NCBI GenBank assembly: GCA_051877435.1
Contig: JBJEIW010000268.1
Location: 77 to 64,076, forward strand
Direction of reading: 5' to 3'
DNA from: Candidatus Ornithomonoglobus sp.
GTDB taxonomy: Bacteria > Bacillota > Clostridia > UBA1381
DNA length: 64,000 nt
Of this stretch, positions 55,188 through 63,192 are shown in pieces. The stretch's first letter is position 1. Each line of letters opens with the position of its first letter. The translations under genes and the position numbers were made by a program. The notes beneath the pieces are model-generated. The model saw only the letters and a program-made list of their open reading frames with translations, had not been told where the DNA came from and did no database searches.

Positions 55188-55267
55188 ATTAAATTTTTCA
55201 ACTAAAGATAGAACTGTGGTGCATTTTTTTTGTTAAAACCGCCAAAGAACAACAATAAATACGTCTG

Positions 55268-55837
55268 TTACATTTTTATTCGCTCAACCTCGTTACCCTT
55301 TACAAGCCATGCCTTTTGGGCAAGCTTTATCATAGGCATATCATTCATATTATCCGTATAATAATTCACCAGAGGCTCATTGCCGAAATGCTTTTTATAT
55401 TCCTTTACCTTGTTCTCACCGTAGCACAGGCTTTCTATTTCCATTGTATCAAGATTTATTTCCGTTGTGATAAGCCTTGCGCCGTTAAGTCTGTCTTTTA
55501 TTCCGTCAAAAAGGAATGACGGTGAGGCGCTTATTACCGCGTCAGATGCCGTAAGCATCTCCAGAATTACAGGCTTCAGCCTTCTGCCGTTCTTCTGCCA
55601 GAATTGCTCCAGTGACCTGTCAAGATCACCGATATTATCAGCAAGCACCTTAAGCATCATCGCGCAGAACTCCATAACCTCCTGCCTGCTTACCATTCCC
55701 GTCTTATATTTCATAAGCATTGCCATAGTCCGAGGCATATACCGCGCAAGAGACGGCTTTTTCCTCATACAGAACTTAAAAAAATCAAAGGAGCTTTCCC
55801 CGTCATATATCGTATTGTCAAAGTCAAACACGTTCAT
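55268..55837 (-). CDS. HAD-superfamily hydrolase (subfamily IB-like)
   Basis: 189 aa. N-terminal FDFDNTIYDGES (DxDxT), SASP motif II and a C-terminal YTDNMNDMPM acidic motif. Confidence 0.75.
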   Translation of the reverse strand: MNVFDFDNTIYDGESSFDFFKFCMRKKPSLARYMPRTMAMLMKYKTGMVSRQEVMEFCAMMLKVLADNIGDLDRSLEQFWQKNGRRLKPVILEMLTASDAVISASPSFLFDGIKDRLNGARLITTEINLDTMEIESLCYGENKVKEYKKHFGNEPLVNYYTDNMNDMPMIKLAQKAWLVKGNEVERIKM

Positions 55838-55917
55838 CTGTTCCGCCTCCGTAATGTAATATATGTATTTTATTACAATATCCGCGGGTTGTCAACATAA
55901 AATTCTGACAACAAAAA

Positions 55918-55937
55918 CGGGCGGATAAATCCGCCCG
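55918..55937 (-). terminator. intrinsic terminator after the 973-aa gene
   Basis: CGGGCGG-ATAAAT-CCGCCCG, flanked by A5 upstream (a U-run on the minus-strand RNA). Confidence 0.8.
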
Positions 55938-55961
55938 AAATGTGTTTTTATTGAACTGAAA

Positions 55962-58883
55962 TTATTCAGTCGGAGTCTCCTCTGCTGCCGGAACATACGG
56001 CTGCATAAGCTTGTTCCATACATAGGATTTACCAGCCTCCGGACCATTCTTTGACGGATCATCAACTGTCTCGATTGTTATATCCGTCAATACACCGTTT
56101 GCATCCTTTGTATAATGATATCTGTACCATGTATTAGCTGATGACTTATTAAGATATGTTACGCCGTTATCGATGTACGGTGTACCCTCTACGGTTACCT
56201 GGAATGACTTCATTCCGCGGTCATAAAGATTTCTTGCGGCGATACCGCTTGCCTGAGCTGCGATACCTGCCGTCTTTGTGGTATCAGCCTTATCAATTCT
56301 GTAGATTGTGTATGTGGCTTCGCCTGTCACTGTATAGGCCTCGCCTGTCTCCTCACTGATTGCTCTGTCCTGAGGAATCTCAATTACAACTCTGTACCAT
56401 GTGCCGCATACAAGATTGCCGTCAAGCTCAACCTCACCCTTGCTGTCGGGGATATATCTTGCCGTAGCTGTGCCGTCCTCATTTCCTGTAATATTAAACT
56501 GTGCGCCAAGACTGCTTCCGTTCACAGCAGCCAAAGTGAGCTTGTCGCCCGCATTTACAAGTACATCATATGCTGCATATACCGCATTGCCTCTTGCATT
56601 ATCTGAGAGAGCGTTTATTTCACCTGCTGCTGCCGGCTTTGCAAAGCTGTGGTTTAATACTTCTTCTGCTGTACCCTCAACTGCTGCAAATGTGGCAATT
56701 GTCTCTCTTGCGCCGTCTGCAAGGTTAACACCTGAACCTTCAACTGTTGCTGCCGGCTCCGGTGTAGCAACGGACTCTGACGGTGCCGGAGTCTCAACTA
56801 TGCCGCCGAGAAGTGAGAGACCCTGCTCTGCTACAAAGGTTACACCGTTATCAATATAAGGTGTGCCTGTTACTAACGCCTTGAATGATGCTGCCGCTCT
56901 GTCTGAGAGGTTTCTCGGTGTAAGACCTTCACCTGATGCCGCAGCCTCTGATACCTTCGACTGATCTTCTGCATCAATTCTGTATATTGTATATGTAGCA
57001 TTGCCTGTATTTGTTACGTTGCTGGTATTTCCATCATCCTCGGTTACAACTACACTGTTCTGAGGTATCTCGATAAGAACTCTGTACCATGTGCCGCATA
57101 CAAGGTTACCGGCAATATTTACTGTATCACCCTTATCAACAAGAGCCGATGCTGACGCTGTGCCGTCCTGATTACCGGTTAATACAAATGTTGTTCCGAT
57201 TTTTGACGGATCGCTGCCCAGAGCCTGAAGTGAAAGTGAATCGCCAATATTTACAAGCACATCATATGCCGCATATACCGACTTGCCTCTGATTGTTGCA
57301 TCAGCATTGTATATGCTTGCTGTACCGTCTGCTACAGCCGGCTTTGCAAAGCTGTGGTTAACAACCGATGCCGCATCAGCACCCTCTATGTTTGCGAATG
57401 TGTCAAACTGTGTAGCGCCCTCCGGAAGGAGTGTCTGATTTGAACCATCTAACTCTGATGCCGGTTCCGGTGTTGCTTTTGCAGCCTCTCCTCCGGTCTG
57501 GATAACAATGTTGTCAATATATGATGTGTTCGGTGACCATGATACAAGGCTCATTGTTGTAAGAGCAGTAATATCTGTTGTGATGTTTCCTGAGCCTACT
57601 GCCGTGCCGTCAGCCTTTGTGACCTCATATGTTCCCGAGCCTGTCACAAAATCAACGTCTACCGATGTGTGAACCCACTCGTCAACTACAATATTCGGTG
57701 TTGAGCTGCTGCTCGTCTTACCCTGTGAAATAAGACCGCTTGACAATGCTGTTGCCTGTCCGCCCTCAATTGCGCCGTCCTGAAGGATAACCTTAAGACG
57801 TCCGTCGCCTATGAACTTAAGATCATAATCAATGATAACATGTGTTTTTCCTGCTGTCAGAGCGCTGAGATCAAATGTTGCATAAGCATATGAATTATCC
57901 TTCTCCGAGGTCTGAGCTACTGACAGAACTGTTGATGATGTTTCATCATCCGTTACAGTGCTGACTGTTGTATAATCCTTATGGTTTGTTACCGTTACAC
58001 CTGCAGCCGCAAAGTCTGTTGTATCGAAGTCTATTGTTGTTGTATTTTCGATTTCAGCTGCCGGAGGCGGAGCTGTCGGAGTAGGAGCCGGTGTTGCTTC
58101 TTCTCTGTCCTCTGCTGACGGTACCTCTGAGGAAACGCCGTCTGCCGCAGTATAAACTACCATGTCATTAAATCCGAATGTCGGATAACCGAACGGGTGC
58201 GATGTGTTAGCCTTCTGTGCATCACTTGAACCACCTAAGCTGACTCCGTTCACATAACCTATAAAGCCAATCGTTCCGATTGATGTGTCTGCTGATGTGG
58301 CAACTGCTGTATCACCTCCGTCAAGGTATACGCTCGTGCCTGTTGTTGTCACAACAATTTTGATATTATGCCATTCATCAAGCGTAGCACCGATAGTGTC
58401 CATGTTTATCATTGTATTTCCGACAGTGAATGCATTATCATACGTTGTTTCACCAAGATTGGTTTCCTTAACCTTGAATGCAAGAACTACGTCCTTGCCA
58501 TCTTCAGCTGCATATGTATCTGTGAACTGAATATATGCACCTCTTGATGCATTTGAAAAACGCGTCACCTGCGTCTGCAAGTATAAATCCGTTGAGCCTT
58601 CTTCTACAGGATTTACCTGAAAATACGATGAATCATCTGCTCTGTCTGTTGTATACAGCGTCATTCCGCCTATTCCCGAATATGTATTTCTTTGTATTGC
58701 TGTACCGTCAACCAATACATTTCCCACATCGTCAGGCTTTGTCTGGTGTGCTACACTGTTTACATATGTATCAAATGTATCTGACCAAAGAACTGTCTCA
58801 CCCTCTGCATTTGCGCTTATCGGCACAACTACGACAGAGGACACGAGTGCTGCCGCGCTTAAAATTGAAATAAATTTTCTCAT
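55962..58883 (-). CDS. secreted multi-module beta-sandwich (LamG/concanavalin-like by pattern) repeat protein, 973 aa
   Basis: Signal peptide MRKFISILSAAALVSSVVVVPISANA|EG. The N-domain and second domain are each followed by Pro/Thr/Ala linkers, then come two approximately 200-aa repeats (..NHSFAKPA...VYAAYDVLVN.GD.L...LVCGTWYRV.IEIPQ...YTIYRID...PYIDNGVT). It is a paralog of the 59133..62765 gene. Confidence 0.85.
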   Translation of the reverse strand: MRKFISILSAAALVSSVVVVPISANAEGETVLWSDTFDTYVNSVAHQTKPDDVGNVLVDGTAIQRNTYSGIGGMTLYTTDRADDSSYFQVNPVEEGSTDLYLQTQVTRFSNASRGAYIQFTDTYAAEDGKDVVLAFKVKETNLGETTYDNAFTVGNTMINMDTIGATLDEWHNIKIVVTTTGTSVYLDGGDTAVATSADTSIGTIGFIGYVNGVSLGGSSDAQKANTSHPFGYPTFGFNDMVVYTAADGVSSEVPSAEDREEATPAPTPTAPPPAAEIENTTTIDFDTTDFAAAGVTVTNHKDYTTVSTVTDDETSSTVLSVAQTSEKDNSYAYATFDLSALTAGKTHVIIDYDLKFIGDGRLKVILQDGAIEGGQATALSSGLISQGKTSSSSTPNIVVDEWVHTSVDVDFVTGSGTYEVTKADGTAVGSGNITTDITALTTMSLVSWSPNTSYIDNIVIQTGGEAAKATPEPASELDGSNQTLLPEGATQFDTFANIEGADAASVVNHSFAKPAVADGTASIYNADATIRGKSVYAAYDVLVNIGDSLSLQALGSDPSKIGTTFVLTGNQDGTASASALVDKGDTVNIAGNLVCGTWYRVLIEIPQNSVVVTEDDGNTSNVTNTGNATYTIYRIDAEDQSKVSEAAASGEGLTPRNLSDRAAASFKALVTGTPYIDNGVTFVAEQGLSLLGGIVETPAPSESVATPEPAATVEGSGVNLADGARETIATFAAVEGTAEEVLNHSFAKPAAAGEINALSDNARGNAVYAAYDVLVNAGDKLTLAAVNGSSLGAQFNITGNEDGTATARYIPDSKGEVELDGNLVCGTWYRVVIEIPQDRAISEETGEAYTVTGEATYTIYRIDKADTTKTAGIAAQASGIAARNLYDRGMKSFQVTVEGTPYIDNGVTYLNKSSANTWYRYHYTKDANGVLTDITIETVDDPSKNGPEAGKSYVWNKLMQPYVPAAEETPTE

Positions 58884-58998
58884 TATTTATTCCTCTCCCT
58901 TTCTGTATTTTTTACGCAGAAACCTGCTCCGCTTATCCTCCCGGCGGTCCGCAATGCCTTTCAGAAAACGGATTTTGTTTCTTTGTATGGATAATTAT

Positions 58999-59027
58999 AT
59001 TATACCATATCAGCAAGTTAATCTCAA
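58999..59027 (-). promoter_or_regulatory. sigma-A promoter (TTGAGA-17-TGgTATAAT) for the 973-aa gene
   Basis: Reverse complement: TTGAGA (59027-59022), 17-nt spacer, TATAAT (59004-58999). Confidence 0.65.
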
Positions 59028-59096
59028 CACCTTAATTAATTTTCGGCGGATTTTATAATATTTTTTACTGATTTTTGTGTATTCTGTCAATTTAAA

Positions 59097-59123
59097 GAGA
59101 CCGGAAATCTCAATTCCGGTCTC
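59097..59123 (-). terminator. intrinsic terminator after the 1210-aa gene
   Basis: GAGACCGGA-N9-TCCGGTCTC, followed by a U/A-rich tract on the minus-strand RNA. Confidence 0.75.
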
Positions 59124-59132
59124 AGTAAAGCA

Positions 59133-62100
59133 TTATTCTATTTTCATTACTTCACACAGCGGTGTCATTTTATCAAACGAATCTATAATGAAATATTTCA
59201 CATACGCTCCCTCAGGTACAGCAAGCTCGGAGGCTATGCTGCTGAATCCGGCTTCAAGGCTTATGGTCTCAAGCTTTTCCACCTCAAGCAGCTGCCCGTC
59301 AGAGGTGTAAACAGCGCCGATAAGCACCGCGCTTTTTATCTCGTTCTTGGAGTATATTTCCACTCCGTCACCCGTTGATGTCATAAGCGCATTCTGCGGA
59401 AAGCCCGCATACTCGCTTTTATCATCAACATATGTTACGCCGTTATCTATATACGGCGCTCCTGCAGTCGCTTCAAACACAAAATCCGTCAGCGCAGCAT
59501 TTGCGAGATTTCTCGGTGTCAATTCTTTATTTTGCGCAGCTATACTGCTTGTCATCGCCGGATTTTCCGCGTCAATTCTGTAAACAGTGCAGACAGCATA
59601 TCCGGTTTTTGTCGCGCCCTTTACTCCGCCCTGCGGTATCTCAATTACAACTCTGTACCATGTTCCGCAGACAAGACTGCCGTCTATTGCTACAGTATCG
59701 CCATTATTAACAACTGCGCTGACCGATGCCGTTCCGTCTTTCTCACCCTTAAGGATAAAGGTCGTGCCCGTCTTATTACTGTTTTCGTTATATGCTATCA
59801 CCGAGAGGGTATCTCCCGAATTTACGAGAACATCAAACGCGGCATAAACCGAATATGCTCTTGCTGTTGTAGAATAGGCATCAATAGATTCGCTTCCCGT
59901 AACAACCTTTGCGTTGCTGTGGTTCAATATTTTCTGGCCTTCACCCTCCGCAGCCGAAAAACTTGCAATCTTTTCATTCACATATATCGGAGTGAAATCC
60001 AGATATGAACCCTCTGTTGTTGATGCCGGCTCCGGTGTCGCAGGCGCGGTCTCCGTTGCCTCAGGAGGATTTGCATAGTCGCTTTGTTCTGCAAGATAGG
60101 TTACACCGTTATCTATATACGGACTGCCAACCGCATTAAACACAAAGCATGTAAGGGACGATGCCGCAAGATTACGAGGCGTTAATTCCGTATTCTGAGC
60201 AGCTATTTCGCTTGTCTGCGATGGATTATCAGGATTGATTCTGTAAACAGTATACACAGTATTTCCGGTTTGTATCGCGCCGGATTCTCCGTTCTGAGGA
60301 ATCTCAATAAGAACCCTGTACCATGTCCCGCAAACAAGATTTCCCTCCAATTCCACAGTATCGCCCTTATCAACAATTGCGCTGACCTCTGCGGTTCCGT
60401 CAAGCTTCCCTTCAATAATAAAGGTTGTGCCAAGCTTATTGCTTCTGTCATTAAACGACTCTACCGAAAGCTTATCTCCCTCATTTACAAGCACATCAAA
60501 CGCGGCGTAAACCGAGTTTGTTCTCGCCTTTGTTGAATATGCGTCAACCGTTTCACTTTCCTGCGCAGCCCTTGCCCCGCTGTGGTTAAGCACCGGCTGA
60601 GTCTGCACATCCGCAGGCGGGAATGTTGAAATCAGGGCTGCGTCTGCCGGCATCAGATCAATATAGGAGCCTTCTGCAGTTGACGCCGGCTCAGGTGTCG
60701 CCGGCGCGGCCGCCGTTGCTGTAGGAAGGGTTTCAGCCGCGCTTTGCTCTGCGATATAAGCTACACCGTTATCTATATACGGGCTGCCCACCGCATTAAA
60801 CACAAAGCATGTAATAGACGACGTCTCAAGATTCCGAGGTGTTAATTCCGTATTCTGAGCAGCTATTTCGCTTGTCTGCGATGGATTATCAGGATTGATC
60901 CTGTAAATAGTATACGCAGTATTTCCGGTTTGTATCGCGCCGGCTTCTCCGTTCTGAGGAATCTCAATAAGAATCCTGTACCACGTCCCGCAGACAAGAT
61001 TTCCCTCCAATTTCACAGTATCGCCCTTATCAACAATTGCGCTGACCTCTGCGGTTCCGTCGACCTTTCCTACAATAATGAAGGTTGTGCCAAGCTTATT
61101 GCTTCTGTCATTAAATGCCTCCACCGAAAGCTCGTCTCCCGCATTCACCAGCACATCAAACGCGGCATAAACCGAGTTTGTTCTCGCCTTTGATGAATAT
61201 GCGTCAACCGTTTCACTTTCCTGCGCAGCCCTTGCCCCGCTGTGGTTGAGCACCGACTGAGTCTGCACATCCGCAGGCGGGAATGTTGAAATCAGTGTTG
61301 CATCTACAGGCATCAGATCAACATAGGAGCCTTCTATTTCCGATGCCGGCTCCGGGGATGCTGTAGGGATCTCCAGAACACCGCCGGTCTTTATAACCAC
61401 ATTATCGAGATATGCGGTTTCCGGTGACCACGAAACAAGACTCATTGTTGTTAATTCCTTAATATCGGTCTCTATATTTCCGCCGCCTATTGCTACCCCG
61501 TCAGCTTTTGTTATCTTATATGTTCCGACACCGGCAGCAAAATCCATATCAACCGTGGTGTGCACCCATGTATTCAGTGTAAAATTCAGAATTTTATTCT
61601 CGCCCAGCTTTCCCTGACTGAAAAGACCCTCCGACATTGTCGTTGCGTTTCTGCCGTCCAATGCGCCGTCCTGAAGAATAACCTTCAGACGTCCGTCTGT
61701 ACTGTATAAATCATACTCAAGGATTACATGAGACTTCTCTGCGGTTAAAGTGCTGAGGTCAAAGGTAGCATAACCGTATGATGTGACACTTTCCGATCCC
61801 TGCATTACGCGAAGAACAGTATTATCACTTACTATAGGGTCGTCAGCTTTTTCGATAACTGTATAATCCTTATGATTTGTTGTGGTTATGCCGACCTTTT
61901 CAAAATCACTCTCACCTTCAAAGTCAACTATAATTTCATTATCAATCGGTACCGCGGTAGGTATAGGCGTTGCCGTAGGCGCCGCTGTTGCCTCCTCATG
62001 AGTTTCCGCCTCAGGTACCTCTGATAAAACACCGTCGGGAGTTTCGTAGATTACCATATCATTAAAACAAAATGTCGGGTATCCCATCGGATTCTCGCTG

Positions 62101-62765
62101 GAACGCTGCGCGTTGATCGGATCCACACCGTCCACATAAGCCTGAAATGCAATCTTATTAATTGATATGTCCGATGATGTCGCAACCGGCGCTGTGTTGC
62201 TGTCAATATATACGCTTGTTCCCGATGTTGTAACAACGACCTTAATTTTATGCCAGTCGTCTGATGTTGCGCCGATAGTATGCATATTAATTATTGTATT
62301 GCCGATACTGAAAGCATCATCATATGTGGTACCGCCGGAATTGTATTCTCTGAGCTTGAATGCCAGAACTATATCCTTACCTGTCTCGGCAGTATATGTT
62401 TCATTGAACTGCATATATGCGCCTCTGCTGTTGGTCGAAAACTGTGAAATCTGAGTCTGAAGAAACATATCCTCCGAGCCCTCCGACACAGGTGCTACTT
62501 TGTAATATGATGAATCATCTATCTTGTTGACAGTTGTGAGAACCATACCGCCGATTCCGGTATAGGTGCTTCTTGCCCCAAGTGTGCCGTCAACCAATAC
62601 ATACCCGACTCTTTCGGAACTTGTTTTATGCAATACTGTATTTGTATAGCCGTCAAACGTATCCGACCATAGTACATTTTCACCTGCGGCGCCCGCATCA
62701 ACCGGCGCAACAAATATAGAAGAAATTAATGCTGCCGCGCTTAACAAGGAAACAAATTTTCTCAT
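59133..62765 (-). CDS. secreted multi-module beta-sandwich repeat protein, 1210 aa (paralog of the 973-aa protein)
   Basis: Signal peptide MRKFVSLLSAAALISSIFVAPVDAGA|AG. Same N-domain and second domain as the paralog, three approximately 200-aa repeats separated by ATPEPAS..EGSY linkers, and a distinct approximately 95-aa C-terminal module. Confidence 0.87.
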   Translation of the reverse strand: MRKFVSLLSAAALISSIFVAPVDAGAAGENVLWSDTFDGYTNTVLHKTSSERVGYVLVDGTLGARSTYTGIGGMVLTTVNKIDDSSYYKVAPVSEGSEDMFLQTQISQFSTNSRGAYMQFNETYTAETGKDIVLAFKLREYNSGGTTYDDAFSIGNTIINMHTIGATSDDWHKIKVVVTTSGTSVYIDSNTAPVATSSDISINKIAFQAYVDGVDPINAQRSSENPMGYPTFCFNDMVIYETPDGVLSEVPEAETHEEATAAPTATPIPTAVPIDNEIIVDFEGESDFEKVGITTTNHKDYTVIEKADDPIVSDNTVLRVMQGSESVTSYGYATFDLSTLTAEKSHVILEYDLYSTDGRLKVILQDGALDGRNATTMSEGLFSQGKLGENKILNFTLNTWVHTTVDMDFAAGVGTYKITKADGVAIGGGNIETDIKELTTMSLVSWSPETAYLDNVVIKTGGVLEIPTASPEPASEIEGSYVDLMPVDATLISTFPPADVQTQSVLNHSGARAAQESETVDAYSSKARTNSVYAAFDVLVNAGDELSVEAFNDRSNKLGTTFIIVGKVDGTAEVSAIVDKGDTVKLEGNLVCGTWYRILIEIPQNGEAGAIQTGNTAYTIYRINPDNPSQTSEIAAQNTELTPRNLETSSITCFVFNAVGSPYIDNGVAYIAEQSAAETLPTATAAAPATPEPASTAEGSYIDLMPADAALISTFPPADVQTQPVLNHSGARAAQESETVDAYSTKARTNSVYAAFDVLVNEGDKLSVESFNDRSNKLGTTFIIEGKLDGTAEVSAIVDKGDTVELEGNLVCGTWYRVLIEIPQNGESGAIQTGNTVYTVYRINPDNPSQTSEIAAQNTELTPRNLAASSLTCFVFNAVGSPYIDNGVTYLAEQSDYANPPEATETAPATPEPASTTEGSYLDFTPIYVNEKIASFSAAEGEGQKILNHSNAKVVTGSESIDAYSTTARAYSVYAAFDVLVNSGDTLSVIAYNENSNKTGTTFILKGEKDGTASVSAVVNNGDTVAIDGSLVCGTWYRVVIEIPQGGVKGATKTGYAVCTVYRIDAENPAMTSSIAAQNKELTPRNLANAALTDFVFEATAGAPYIDNGVTYVDDKSEYAGFPQNALMTSTGDGVEIYSKNEIKSAVLIGAVYTSDGQLLEVEKLETISLEAGFSSIASELAVPEGAYVKYFIIDSFDKMTPLCEVMKIE
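60040..61360 (-). repeat. tandem 2 x 660-bp near-identical intragenic repeat
   Basis: Exact 660-bp register: CACCGTTATCTATATAC occurs at 60104-60120 and 60764-60780. Long identical runs throughout. A third, more diverged unit lies at about 59390-60040. Confidence 0.9.
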
Positions 62766-62830
62766 TTACATTCTCTCTTTCCATTTGAAGTATATAAATT
62801 ACAAATTAAATATTTAATATTTCATTCAAG

Positions 62831-62948
62831 CTCTATATGCTTTTCACTAAGTTTTCTATAGTCAATGTAAAAAAACTTAGTGAAAAGAGGTCTTAACCGC
62901 TTGCATTAAGTACGATTAAAATACAGAGTACTTAATGCAAGCTATATA
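62831..62948. repeat. structured intergenic repeat element, long form (two perfect hairpins)
   Basis: The core CTATATGCTTTTCACTAAGTTTTCTATAGTCA is shared with 38227-38258 and 1547-1576. Inverted repeat 1 is 14 bp (62840-62853 / 62874-62887). Inverted repeat 2 is 15 bp (62899-62913 / 62928-62942). The ends are TATATGC / GCTATATA. Confidence 0.8.
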
Positions 62949-62958
62949 CTTAGTCTAT

Positions 62959-62987
62959 ATTATACCACATATTGCTTATAAACTCAA
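62959..62987 (-). promoter_or_regulatory. sigma-A promoter (TTGAGT-17-TGgTATAAT) for the 1210-aa gene
   Basis: Reverse complement: TTGAGT (62987-62982), 17-nt spacer, TATAAT (62964-62959). It resembles the promoter of the 973-aa gene. Confidence 0.65.
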
Positions 62988-63115
62988 TACACCAAATATT
63001 TTTCAGCATTTTTAATGATTTTTTGGCACAATTTTTATGTAATTTTAATATTCAGCATTTTAAAAAAGCGGCTTTTCTGCACATTTTAGACAAGAAAGCT
63101 GCTGTATATGAAAAG

Positions 63116-63151
63116 GAAAGGGCTGCCGCGCCATTACGCTGCAACCCTTTC
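63116..63151 (-). terminator. intrinsic terminator after the solute-binding protein gene
   Basis: GAAAGGGCTGC-N14-GCAACCCTTTC. The minus-strand RNA follows with CUUUUC. Confidence 0.7.
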
Positions 63152-63192
63152 TTTGAAAAGTATATTATAGTATGTTATGCGAAAATATATTA

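Noticed and set aside
55047-55267. A lysine riboswitch, T-box or leader-peptide attenuator upstream of hom-thrB-lysC
   Set aside because: The leader is only about 100 nt. I could not find L-box conserved segments, the T-box sequence, or a small ORF rich in Thr, Lys or Met codons.
60040-61360. Possibility that the near-identical 660-bp repeats are a diversity-generating retroelement template/variable-repeat pair
   Set aside because: No reverse transcriptase or accessory gene is present anywhere in the window. The mismatches between the units involve all four bases rather than adenine-specific changes. Both copies are in-frame parts of one gene.
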